35,210 nt of DNA. It comes from a virus. The DNA lies in the IMG/VR virus record IMGVR_UViG_3300032285_002026, positions 1 to 35,210 of that record; one strand, written 5' to 3'. Positions 1-8,282 of the stretch are shown one piece after another. Numbering within the stretch: position 1 is the first letter of the stretch; each line of letters begins with the position of its first letter. The notes under the pieces were generated by a model. The model searched no databases and had not been told where the DNA came from. It worked only from the letters and a program-made list of their open reading frames with translations. A program made the position numbers and the translations under genes.

Positions 1-123
1 TCGTATTCAAAACCGTTGTACACAACGCCAGCATTGGTCGATGTCACGGTCATTCCCAAGTATTTGCCATACTGCTTGGCATCTGTTTTGTACAACGTGT
101 ACCCTGTAGAACCAGTAGTCCAA
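1..123. repeat. Terminal direct repeat copy 1 (identical to 35088..35210); genome closure overlap
   Basis: Compared base by base: 1..123 equals 35088..35210 exactly. Unique genome length is 35,087 bp. Confidence 0.95.
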
Positions 124-1952
124 TTGATTACTGTTGAACTATTGTTAATCCAAGAAATAGGTGCTGAAAAATTATTAATCCAAGTTGCCGTTTGACCCAA
201 CTCAACAGAAGGACTAGAACCTGTTTCAGAATCAACTGAGACAGTAATTGTTGAAGAATTAGTTAATGTCGCTTCAACACCAATCTTTAAAGCCTGTTTT
301 GTTCTAATCGGGTCTTTCATCGGATTTAAAGACGTTTGAACATAACTGCTAAGACCTGCTGTTGTGTTCGCATACATCTTTATGCACGATGTTCCATCTG
401 TACCGTACAACGTAATCTTGCCACCCGTCGGCGCAGAAGTAACAAACTTCAGATTGTTTCCTGCGCTAGTAAAAAACCATTTCTTTTCAAAGAAAACGGC
501 TTGTATGTATCTATTGCTGCTTGATGTTCCCAACCCACCTGTGTACCGGAAATTAAACGCAGCACATAAAATGTTGTTTAAGAGAACCTGACCGCCAGAA
601 GTAGCACCAGTAGTAAAATCAATATTTGGAAATATGCCATCCAAAGAGTCAGAAATCTTCGACGTTGTAGAGCCAACAAGCGCATACACACCATACTCAT
701 TCATAAACAGCACAGAACGGAAGTACGGGAAAATGGCATACGCCAATTTAGTACCCACCGATGCGCTGACGTTCGTGTTCGTAAACAATGTCGTGCCAGC
801 CGTTGTAACCCTAACGTCCGAGAACACGTTAATGCTATCGTCGCCAAAAATATACAAAAAGTTATTGGCTGACAATAACTGGATAATATTTCCGTGCAAT
901 GTCGCGTCAGTAAGCACTACCGTACCAGCCGACACCGTTACAAAATCACTGTACGAACCAGCAGCCGAATAATAAATTGTTCTACCGCTAGAAATCCATA
1001 CCCGTCCAGAAAACGACTGAATACCGGAGTTCGTTCCAGTATTAATAATCGCTTTAGCTGTAGCGTTAGAACCACCACCGCTAGATATGGACACCGTAAT
1101 GTTGGCTGAGTTCGTATAGCCAGAACCAACATTCGTCATAATGACTTGCGTCACAATGTTGCCACTGACAATAGCCTGACCTGCCGCATTAGTACCGCCA
1201 CCCCCGGTAATCGTCACCGTTGGGTTAGATGTAAATCCAACGCCACCGTTAGTCACTAGGACGGCTACAGTGCCTTGAGCAAATGTGGTGATAGACGCTA
1301 CAGCATTAGCACCTGAACCGCCACCGCCGTTAAACGTAATGGTTGGAGAAGACGTATAGCCAGAGCCAGCTTCAAGTAAGGTAACAGACGAAACGGCGTT
1401 AGCCGAGATAGTAGCAATGGCTGTGGCTTGTACTCCGTTCGTCTGATTCGGTGCTGATATAACGACAGAAGGGGCAGACGTATACCCTGACCCTTTACTG
1501 ACAATACCTATTGAGCCTACTGAACCAATAGAAATTAAGTTGGTTCCATCCCATGTAAAGTAACCTTTAGACGGGTCGCTAATCAAAACACGGTCGTTTT
1601 TCCACTGGCTAATGTTCATGCCACTGGTTGAGAACGTACCGGCAGCCGCTACCGTGCCTTTAACATTGGTTGTCAGGTTGACGTATTCGCAGCTTCCGTC
1701 ATCCTCAAACGCTATTAAGTAATCGTCTAAACCAATATTGGCTGAGAAAAAATTAACAACGGTATGAGAAAAAGTAACGCTGCCAACAGCATCATAAGTC
1801 GGCGTAATCTTTAAGTTGGCGTAGCCCACAGGCATCGCGTTCTCAAGCCAGTAGAACTCATCGTCACCAATAGCCGTGCGGTTAGCTTTCGTGTTGACGC
1901 CACGAAAGTTCTTAACGACTTCATACGATTTCTTTTGTTCTGCGGCAGCCAT
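1..1952 (-). CDS. Nozzle / tail-tubular-B-like virion protein. The 3' end runs off the window start and continues at 35087..35063 (658 aa on the circular genome).
   Basis: ATG at 1952 lies 3 nt after the TAG of the upstream gene. I spot-checked the frame at 5 places and it stays open to base 1. It continues through the duplicated end to TAA 35063..35065 (1952+25=1977 nt). The N-terminus is MAAAEQKKSYEVVKNFRGVNTKANR. The gene sits after an adaptor-like gene. The function is assigned by position only. Confidence 0.75.
   Translation of the reverse strand, partial: MAAAEQKKSYEVVKNFRGVNTKANRTAIGDDEFYWLENAMPVGYANLKITPTYDAVGSVTFSHTVVNFFSANIGLDDYLIAFEDDGSCEYVNLTTNVKGTVAAAGTFSTSGMNISQWKNDRVLISDPSKGYFTWDGTNLISIGSVGSIGIVSKGSGYTSAPSVVISAPNQTNGVQATAIATISANAVSSVTLLEAGSGYTSSPTITFNGGGGSGANAVASITTFAQGTVAVLVTNGGVGFTSNPTVTITGGGGTNAAGQAIVSGNIVTQVIMTNVGSGYTNSANITVSISSGGGSNATAKAIINTGTNSGIQSFSGRVWISSGRTIYYSAAGSYSDFVTVSAGTVVLTDATLHGNIIQLLSANNFLYIFGDDSINVFSDVRVTTAGTTLFTNTNVSASVGTKLAYAIFPYFRSVLFMNEYGVYALVGSTTSKISDSLDGIFPNIDFTTGATSGGQVLLNNILCAAFNFRYTGGLGTSSSNRYIQAVFFEKKWFFTSAGNNLKFVTSAPTGGKITLYGTDGTSCIKMYANTTAGLSSYVQTSLNPMKDPIRTKQALKIGVEATLTNSSTITVSVDSETGSSPSVELGQTATWINNFSAPISWINNSSTVINWTTGSTGYTLYKTDAKQYGKYLGMTVTSTNAGVVYNGFEY
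1044..1505 (-). repeat. Four tandem ~40-aa coding repeats (G-S-G-Y-T-x-x-P-x-V/I-T...GGGG-x-x-A) inside the nozzle-like gene
   Basis: In the translation, aa ~150-303 read KGSGYTSAPSVVISAP.., EAGSGYTSSPTITFNGGGGSGANAVA.., NGGVGFTSNPTVTITGGGGTNAAGQA.., NVGSGYTNSANITVSISSGGGSNATA.. Confidence 0.6.
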
Positions 1953-1955
1953 GAC

Positions 1956-2801
1956 CTAGTACGCTCTGGAATAAGGGTCAGGCAGTCTCCGGGTGTAGAT
2001 GGACGCCTGAACAGCTTGAATCTGTTGCTTGTACTGACCTAAATAAATTTCAGCCTCACCAAACGACTGTTCGTAGTATTTGGCTAAGTAAGCAGCATAA
2101 AACTTAACTGGATTAGAAAACGGGTCGTTAATGTTATCCGTGTCAGACAGATTCACTAAATCTGCTGGAAGGAGAACCGTATCTAAATCAATTACGTAAG
2201 CTATGTCAGGAACGGGTCCAATATAAATTTGAGATTGCCCGTAAATACTGTAAGCAACCGGCGTTCCGATGCGGTTCTGCCAATAACGCAACTGTGCGTT
2301 AAAGTCTGTCCAAGCCATATACCGCAACGGTATTCTGGAGTTTCCCCAATAGAGGTTAATGTTGATGACGTCCAGAGTAAGATTTCCAGACGGCAAGCAA
2401 GAATAATTAATTACTTCTGAGGGACCGGCGTACTGAACTGTAGCGGTTCCGCTAGTAAACGGTGTGCTTGGTGGGTAAATGTTATCAGCAGACGGGTAAT
2501 TAGGAGCGTCTCCTAACGTACCTGCTCCAGTAACTTTATATATAAAGATATTGGAAAATACATAATTGCCCACACTTACAGCTAAGCCGGATGACCAAAT
2601 TACAGGGGTGCTTCCACCAGCCACCGGGGTACAAGGTGTTTGACTTGTTTGGACCGTGCGGAGACACCCTGTATCACGAACAACACGCGCTCTAGCACCA
2701 TTGATGTAGTCAGTTAGCTGACTGTTGGTGTAAAAGTTAGCGTTTGCATCGTGCAGCAGGTATCTAACAGCAGTAATGTAGCTTTGCAGTGTCTGCGCCA
2801 T
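1956..2801 (-). CDS. Virion protein, possible head-tail adaptor / tail-tubular-A-like (by position)
   Basis: 281-aa ORF, tightly packed between the head genes and the nozzle-like gene. No motif recognised. Confidence 0.6.
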   Translation of the reverse strand: MAQTLQSYITAVRYLLHDANANFYTNSQLTDYINGARARVVRDTGCLRTVQTSQTPCTPVAGGSTPVIWSSGLAVSVGNYVFSNIFIYKVTGAGTLGDAPNYPSADNIYPPSTPFTSGTATVQYAGPSEVINYSCLPSGNLTLDVININLYWGNSRIPLRYMAWTDFNAQLRYWQNRIGTPVAYSIYGQSQIYIGPVPDIAYVIDLDTVLLPADLVNLSDTDNINDPFSNPVKFYAAYLAKYYEQSFGEAEIYLGQYKQQIQAVQASIYTRRLPDPYSRAY

Positions 2802-2813
2802 TTACGGTCCATA

Positions 2814-3146
2814 TTAAGCTGCTACATTGACTTTTCCCCCTGCCTCTTTAGAAGGCAGAGGTACTCTTTCAACCACCGGGGATAACGAGTGGACTTTCTT
2901 TGGCGGCTGGTCCGTAATCAGAATCTTTTCAAGGATTTTTAATCCGGCAGGAATATCTGCCTTCGTCTGAATCATCGCCAACCGCGCCATATACGGTTCT
3001 TTATCAGTGTCACCATGCCCGAATATGTGACAAACAGCCTCCAGCGGCACCTCTACACTTTCGCCTACTGGAAAAGTATAGGAGATGTAGTTATAGCTAA
3101 AGGTTATGGGTTTTTCCCATTTGTTTGTCACATAGACGGTTTGCAT
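2814..3146 (-). CDS. Hypothetical virion-module protein
   Basis: 110-aa ORF in the late operon, with 2-12 nt gaps to its neighbours. Confidence 0.65.
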   Translation of the reverse strand: MQTVYVTNKWEKPITFSYNYISYTFPVGESVEVPLEAVCHIFGHGDTDKEPYMARLAMIQTKADIPAGLKILEKILITDQPPKKVHSLSPVVERVPLPSKEAGGKVNVAA

Positions 3147-3148
3147 GA

Positions 3149-3595
3149 TTAGAAGTTCACTGTATCGCCATAGACTCGAATATCAATAGTCCCTGCTACG
3201 TTTGTATTGACCTTCAAGAATAAGGCTTGGCTGTTGTAACCCGACACAATGACGTTACCACCAGAGATGGCGGCGTCTTGGAATGTGCCGGTACCCGTTA
3301 AACTGCTAAGAACGACGTTAGCTACGACCACATTGCTGACATTGCCGTCGCCGCTAGTCAAAATCGAGATGTTGCCAGTTGATACGTTGGCACTAGGATT
3401 TTGAATAGTCACTCGACGAACAATGACCGCACCGGAAGAAACTACAGCGTTACCAGCAGTCAACCCACCTTGAAGAATGGGCAGGGCAACAACAGCATTT
3501 CCAGTGGCAGACAAAGATGCTCCAGTAACAGTGGCAATCGCAAAATTGCCAAAGTTAGCTGCGGTATTTTGTGCTACTGATTCTGGATTTGCCAT
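3149..3595 (-). CDS. Hypothetical Thr/Val/Asn/Gly-rich structural protein (possible head decoration or fibre)
   Basis: 148-aa ORF lying downstream of the capsid gene. Its composition is beta-strand-rich. Confidence 0.65.
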   Translation of the reverse strand: MANPESVAQNTAANFGNFAIATVTGASLSATGNAVVALPILQGGLTAGNAVVSSGAVIVRRVTIQNPSANVSTGNISILTSGDGNVSNVVVANVVLSSLTGTGTFQDAAISGGNVIVSGYNSQALFLKVNTNVAGTIDIRVYGDTVNF

Positions 3596-3604
3596 GATTC
3601 CCCC

Positions 3605-3937
3605 TTACGATGCAAACGTACTGCTAACGTTCTGACCACCGTTAGTAGCTAACAGAGTTATAGTGTCGCCACCAGAGTTTGTGGTTTTAGCAAATACGTT
3701 GACGCCATCAGAAAGAATGACACCACCAGTGTTTGCAGGAAGCACAGTTGAGTTAGACGTATTGCTTGTAGAAGCAATAATACTAACATTTACTTGCGGA
3801 ATCAAAATATACACACCAGCCGGAATAACCGTACCGTTACCTGTACTAACAGCAGCAACAGTAGTGGTTAAAAAATAGGCACCAGCGGTGTTAGTCTGTG
3901 CGCCAGCAAGAATGATTTTATTGGTACTTAGTGACAT
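3605..3937 (-). CDS. Hypothetical Thr/Asn/Ser-rich structural protein
   Basis: I chose the internal ATG at 3937 (MSLSTNK..). It is preceded by AAGGAG and begins 10 nt after the capsid stop. The longer ORF to 4018 would overlap the capsid gene. Confidence 0.65.
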   Translation of the reverse strand: MSLSTNKIILAGAQTNTAGAYFLTTTVAAVSTGNGTVIPAGVYILIPQVNVSIIASTSNTSNSTVLPANTGGVILSDGVNVFAKTTNSGGDTITLLATNGGQNVSSTFAS

Positions 3938-3947
3938 GGTTAGCTCC

Positions 3948-4949
3948 TTATATGCTGAGAGAGTTGTAACCCGACACCACTGACATCGACTTAGGCTTAG
4001 TTGAAACCAACTCAGCAATCATCAATACAGCACCAACATAACCAATCTGCCAGTTAGGTAGAGTCGATTCAAAACCAGTAAACACGAACGAACCTTGCTC
4101 ATGGATATAAAGCGACAGGTAGTTGGTGTTCAGGAAGTAAACCGTACCTTCTGGACAGTAGGGGTCAGGATAAATAGGTACACCAGCAACCATCAAAGCA
4201 CGGAACGCTGCTTGTGGGCCGTTTGTGTCGCCGTCAAAGCCGTGACCGGGAGTGATGACGTACTGCTCTTGACCGACAAAATCTTGAGCCAACAGGGTCC
4301 ATGTACCAAAACCGCAAACACCAAACGAAGGCACTTCAGCACCGTTTTTAACAGTACCAGAAATGTATTGCAGAATGTTTTGACGAGTTGGGTTCACGTT
4401 ACCGGCTGTGTACGCCTTTGACTGCCACCAGCTATAGGCTGAACGGCTGATATTGCCGTAAGTGCCTGAAGCTGAAACAGCGGCTGGCAAGCCAGTAAAC
4501 TGTTGCGTGTTAGTGCTGTTGGTGTACAAGGCTGTTGCCATTGCATCCATCATCACGTTAGTCGCGTCGTTCATACGAGCTTCAATCAATGGAATGATTG
4601 CAGCGTCTTGCTGAACTGCACCTTCCATACCGAGAAACGGTACTGGAGCAATCATCAGCTTCAGGTCGAATTCAGCGTTGAAAGCACCTTGCTGGACTGA
4701 TGGCTGGTTAAACGAACCAGAGTAGTCAGACCATTGTGCGTTCACAAACTGTGCGCCCTGAACGGGAACGGTTACGGAAGAAACACCACCGGAAGCCTGT
4801 TGCGAGTTAGCAATCAGAGCCGCCATGAGCGGTGTCGAGTTGTATAGTTGAACTACCAGCTTCGGAATGAACGCACGCCGTGTGACGTAAGTCAACTCGG
4901 TATATTGCGTACTACCTGTTGCTGGAATGATACCGCCACCAATAGGCAT
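3948..4949 (-). CDS. Major capsid protein (HK97-fold type, by size, position and composition)
   Basis: 333-aa ORF directly downstream of a charged helical scaffold-like gene. AGGAGA lies upstream of the ATG. Confidence 0.75.
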   Translation of the reverse strand: MPIGGGIIPATGSTQYTELTYVTRRAFIPKLVVQLYNSTPLMAALIANSQQASGGVSSVTVPVQGAQFVNAQWSDYSGSFNQPSVQQGAFNAEFDLKLMIAPVPFLGMEGAVQQDAAIIPLIEARMNDATNVMMDAMATALYTNSTNTQQFTGLPAAVSASGTYGNISRSAYSWWQSKAYTAGNVNPTRQNILQYISGTVKNGAEVPSFGVCGFGTWTLLAQDFVGQEQYVITPGHGFDGDTNGPQAAFRALMVAGVPIYPDPYCPEGTVYFLNTNYLSLYIHEQGSFVFTGFESTLPNWQIGYVGAVLMIAELVSTKPKSMSVVSGYNSLSI

Positions 4950-4983
4950 GGTTATCTCCTAAAAAACTTTATCCCCTACTAAA

Positions 4984-5514
4984 TTAAAATCCAATAGGAC
5001 GTCTGTTTTGACGTAACTCTTGGAGTGCTTTTGATGCTTCGTCTCTAGCTGCACCGATAGGGTTCTTGTAGTATTTACCTAGGTCGAACTTACTAACGGC
5101 TGACGGGTTGTAACCTGTCGGCGTTGGTGTAGCGGATTGTTTCATCCACTGCCAGTATTCCGCAGCCGATTCGTGGTTAGTTATGCCTTTTTCCAGCATA
5201 ATTTTTTCCACTTCGTGAATATCTTCGTCAGTCTGCACGAAACCTTTTTTCATCAGCTTATTACGGCGTGCTTCAAGGTCACGGACAGCATCTTGCTCTC
5301 TGTCTTTTGCATCACGTTCCATAAGCCGCTGTTCTAGCTTATCGACATACGATTTAGTGGTATTTTCGATTTCCAGTTCAGGAATAACGAGGTCTGGTTT
5401 AATTTGCTTCGTTAAACGCAGAACATCTTTTCTGGTTGCTGGATTATCGGAAAGTTCACGCATTAACAACGCTAATTGGTCGCGCTGTTCAAAAGACATA
5501 TCTTCAAGACTCAT
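4984..5514 (-). CDS. Scaffolding protein (putative)
   Basis: 176 aa, highly charged with a helical heptad-like composition (E/K/R/D/L-rich). It lies immediately upstream of the capsid gene. Confidence 0.6.
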   Translation of the reverse strand: MSLEDMSFEQRDQLALLMRELSDNPATRKDVLRLTKQIKPDLVIPELEIENTTKSYVDKLEQRLMERDAKDREQDAVRDLEARRNKLMKKGFVQTDEDIHEVEKIMLEKGITNHESAAEYWQWMKQSATPTPTGYNPSAVSKFDLGKYYKNPIGAARDEASKALQELRQNRRPIGF

Positions 5515-5532
5515 TTTTATCCCCTAACTACG

Positions 5533-5718
5533 TTAGATTACTTTTTTACCGTCACCGGGCTTTTGAACGCCCATCTTGTTCTTGCTACCAATCTTGCCAG
5601 CAGCATTAAGACCGCCAAATTCTTCGTAGCGGGGAGGGTTCGTTACAACACCGTTTTGCTGGTTGTTGTCGGTAGGACGGCGAGGGCTGTTAGCACCTCT
5701 TGGTTTAAACAGGTCCAT
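5533..5718 (-). CDS. Small basic, low-complexity protein
   Basis: 61 aa. AAGGA sits 6 nt upstream of the ATG. The sequence is G/N/P/K-rich. Confidence 0.55.
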   Translation of the reverse strand: MDLFKPRGANSPRRPTDNNQQNGVVTNPPRYEEFGGLNAAGKIGSKNKMGVQKPGDGKKVI

Positions 5719-5727
5719 GATAATTCC

Positions 5728-6228
5728 TTACATTGGAGTGGGTTGAGGTGAAGCACCGCCACCACCGGCACCGGGCATACTCATCGGAGAAGGTGCTGCT
5801 CCGGGCATTGGCGGGAGGTTCGGGACCATAGGAGCTTGCGACATTGCACGGCCTTCTGGTGTTGCTCCACCGGCTTGCGGCAAGTTCTGTAGCATCTGAA
5901 TAATTTCAGATTGCTGGAGTTCATTTGTTTTTTGCTTGCGAGGGCCAATCAAGCCAGTTAGCGACCTAATAGCCGCTAATGCTTTTTGACCTTCTGGAGA
6001 TTCGCTACCTAGACTTGGCAAGGCTTGTTCAATCAAATCCATTGCCATTGAGATGTTAACTAGCGCACCCTCACGATTTCCCATCTTTGGTTCTGGCGTA
6101 GACATCGGTGCCGACATGGGGGCCGTTGTCGAGTCAGACATTGCAGTAGGAGTTTCAGGGGCGGACTCAGCAGGATTACCCTGTTGCTTGCCAATCAATT
6201 CCATTAACTTATCGGGTGGTACACTCAT
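5728..6228 (-). CDS. Met/Pro/Ala-rich protein with a helical core (possible internal head or ejection protein)
   Basis: 166 aa with 15 Met. PMS/PMP-type repeats occur at both ends. AGAGG sits 6 nt upstream of the ATG. It follows a sigma70-like promoter. Confidence 0.65.
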   Translation of the reverse strand: MSVPPDKLMELIGKQQGNPAESAPETPTAMSDSTTAPMSAPMSTPEPKMGNREGALVNISMAMDLIEQALPSLGSESPEGQKALAAIRSLTGLIGPRKQKTNELQQSEIIQMLQNLPQAGGATPEGRAMSQAPMVPNLPPMPGAAPSPMSMPGAGGGGASPQPTPM

Positions 6229-6257
6229 AAATAACCTCTATCGTCTAACTAGACGCG

Positions 6258-6285
6258 ATTAGACCAGACTATCAGCAAATGTCAA
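6258..6285 (-). promoter_or_regulatory. sigma70-like promoter inside the structural module
   Basis: The minus strand reads TTGACA (6285..6280), a 16-nt spacer, then TCTAAT (6263..6258). This lies about 25 nt upstream of the SD of 5728..6228. Confidence 0.5.
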
Positions 6286-6287
6286 GT

Positions 6288-6329
6288 GGGGGAGTATTTC
6301 CCCTCCCCCTTGGGATTAATCCACAAGGG
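6288..6329 (-). other. Two GC-rich hairpins sharing 3 nt, so they are mutually exclusive
   Basis: 6288..6309 forms GGGGGAG/CTCCCCC (7 bp, 8-nt loop). 6307..6329 forms CCCTTG-GGA..TCC-CAAGGG (9 bp with one bulge). Neither is followed by a U-tract on the minus strand. Confidence 0.45.
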
Positions 6330-6334
6330 ACTAA

Positions 6335-6376
6335 TTACTTACGACCTTTACGGCCTTTACGTTTCATGCGTGCCAT
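6335..6376 (-). CDS. 13-codon polybasic micro-ORF A (MARMKRKGRKGRK)
   Basis: GGAGA (6387..6383), 6 nt, then ATG GCA CGC ATG AAA CGT AAA GGC CGT AAA GGT CGT AAG TAA. 8 of 13 residues are K/R. Confidence 0.45.
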   Translation of the reverse strand: MARMKRKGRKGRK

Positions 6377-6444
6377 GTGAGTTCTCCAAATAGCAGCGGC
6401 CAACTTAAAAGAGGAAGTCAGCCATACCTCATCCCTTGCGGGAA

Positions 6445-6486
6445 TTAACGACGTGTCTTACGACCACGCTTCATTTTTTTGTACAT
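6445..6486 (-). CDS. 13-codon polybasic micro-ORF B (MYKKMKRGRKTRR)
   Basis: AGGAG, 6 nt, then ATG TAC AAA AAA ATG AAG CGT GGT CGT AAG ACA CGT CGT TAA. 8 of 13 residues are K/R. It is paralogous to micro-ORF A (shared MKR.GRK core). Confidence 0.45.
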   Translation of the reverse strand: MYKKMKRGRKTRR

Positions 6487-6495
6487 GATGTACTC

Positions 6496-6660
6496 CTATC
6501 GCTCAGTCATGCGGCCCGTCTTTCTTGCTTGACGGGGGTTAAAAGACTTAATGCCCGACACCCGATACTGCATAGATGGCGCAGCCTCGGTCCTTTTCAG
6601 TTCGCCGGTCGATACTCTCGGCTGGTCGGATTTCGGCGTGTAATCAGGTTTGGTTGCCAT
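6496..6660 (-). CDS. 54-aa basic protein translationally coupled to the portal gene
   Basis: Its ATG overlaps the portal stop (TAATG at 6662..6658). The sequence is MATKPDYTPKSDQPRVSTGELKRTEAAPSMQYRVSGIKSFNPRQARKTGRMTER. It falls below the 60-aa cut-off of the ORF track. Confidence 0.55.
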   Translation of the reverse strand: MATKPDYTPKSDQPRVSTGELKRTEAAPSMQYRVSGIKSFNPRQARKTGRMTER

Positions 6661-8282
6661 TATTCACCTACCGCTTTCAAATCAGGTTTACCTTCAGGTT
6701 TCCCTTGGGGTTGCTGCGCTTGATTCTTTTCGCGCTTTTTCAATTTATCTATTAACAATTGTTTCATTGGCGGTTCTAGCAAGTCAAGCAGAGATTCTTT
6801 GTCAATTGCTTGTGCCTTGTACAAATTGAACGCCAACTGACGCATATCTTCCGTAAATATCGGACTGTTGGAGTGAGCGTCCACTTTCACCACATAATCT
6901 TTGGTGAATTGTTCAGCAATAAACTTATTGCCTTCTTCATCTTTGAAATGCGTGTTGTCGTAGGCTTGCATTAGCTTGAGATAGAGTGTGGCTACCTTTT
7001 CTAAGCTGTCTTCTACGATTAGGGCACGTTTCTTTGCGCGAGAACTTCCAAGACGGGCCAACTGAGAAGCATGACCAGCGGAGCGTACGCCCTGCTCACC
7101 ACGACCAGACAGAACGCTTGATATTCCAGATGCTTCTGCAAACATTGCATCAATTTCATGGATTACCTCAAAGAGTGACGCTGGCATCTCCGGTGCAATG
7201 GAATCTACCTTAGCATTTGGCATATCGCTTGAGACAAACGAACCCGGACGGTCAAACGCAAAGGCTTTCTCATCCGTGATACCCATAAAGCCAGAGAATA
7301 CTTTTGGAGGAGAGGCTTGCTTAGACAGCAGGTCCAAAATCTCTGTCATACGGTTGTTTCGTATGGCTTGCAGCAGGTTCAGACGGGCAACTTCACTCTG
7401 ACCCCAATAATAATCAAACTGAGGATTAGGGCAGATTTGAACAAACGGTAATTCGCCACGTAAGAATACGGACGCACCCGGACGGTCATAGATGAAGATG
7501 TCAGGGTCAGCCATTGTGACCACTTGGTAATCTTGTGTCTCATCGTTCCACACCCACAACTCATACATCTTCACGGTGTCTTCAGCGACACGGGCTTTGT
7601 AGCGGTTGGTGCCGGTCAAGTCTAGGTTGACGTTACCGTAGATGGTTGGGTTGGATTGACTCATGATGATGCGGTCAAGACCTTCCGGCAAATCTTCAGT
7701 CTTGGTGTGCATCGCTGTCTGGATGCGCTTTACGATGTCTTCCCGTTTAGGGTGACTATACAATCGATTATACAAATCAGATTTCGTAATGTAATAGGTT
7801 TGTACTATTGCCTCTTGCCTGTCGGTGTAGGTGACGTCTTCACGCAGAACGCCTACAGAACTTGGCTCCACCATGTAAGGGTGAATACCGTTGTTGACAA
7901 CGAGTTTGACAAAGGTGGTGTTAAAGACCAGTGCCCATGTCAGAGCAGACGAGAATACTTGGTCGGCATTAGAGTTTAGCCACTCATCGTTTAGGGCGAG
8001 AGTTAATCTTGGAATCTTGATGTGTTCTTGTTCTGGAACCGCAGCACCCACGTTGATTGAGAAGCGGGTTGTTTCAGCGGAATAGAGAAACGATGTTAGT
8101 TGGTCTACGTGCGGGAAAATCTTATTGAACAGGGCAGGATTTTCATTGGCACCAGCACCGAACAAAAACCAAGAGCGCAGAGAGGCGTAATCCCCTTTGC
8201 GCTCTGCCAAAGATACCATGCACTTTTCGATTAAGTCGCGGTAGAAGAACTCCCGTTCTAAGTCTTTGGTTGGTATCCGCAT
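6660..8282 (-). CDS. Portal protein
   Basis: 540 aa, the usual portal size. It lies between the terminase and the scaffold/capsid genes. The C-terminal tail is charged. Confidence 0.8.
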   Translation of the reverse strand: MRIPTKDLEREFFYRDLIEKCMVSLAERKGDYASLRSWFLFGAGANENPALFNKIFPHVDQLTSFLYSAETTRFSINVGAAVPEQEHIKIPRLTLALNDEWLNSNADQVFSSALTWALVFNTTFVKLVVNNGIHPYMVEPSSVGVLREDVTYTDRQEAIVQTYYITKSDLYNRLYSHPKREDIVKRIQTAMHTKTEDLPEGLDRIIMSQSNPTIYGNVNLDLTGTNRYKARVAEDTVKMYELWVWNDETQDYQVVTMADPDIFIYDRPGASVFLRGELPFVQICPNPQFDYYWGQSEVARLNLLQAIRNNRMTEILDLLSKQASPPKVFSGFMGITDEKAFAFDRPGSFVSSDMPNAKVDSIAPEMPASLFEVIHEIDAMFAEASGISSVLSGRGEQGVRSAGHASQLARLGSSRAKKRALIVEDSLEKVATLYLKLMQAYDNTHFKDEEGNKFIAEQFTKDYVVKVDAHSNSPIFTEDMRQLAFNLYKAQAIDKESLLDLLEPPMKQLLIDKLKKREKNQAQQPQGKPEGKPDLKAVGE

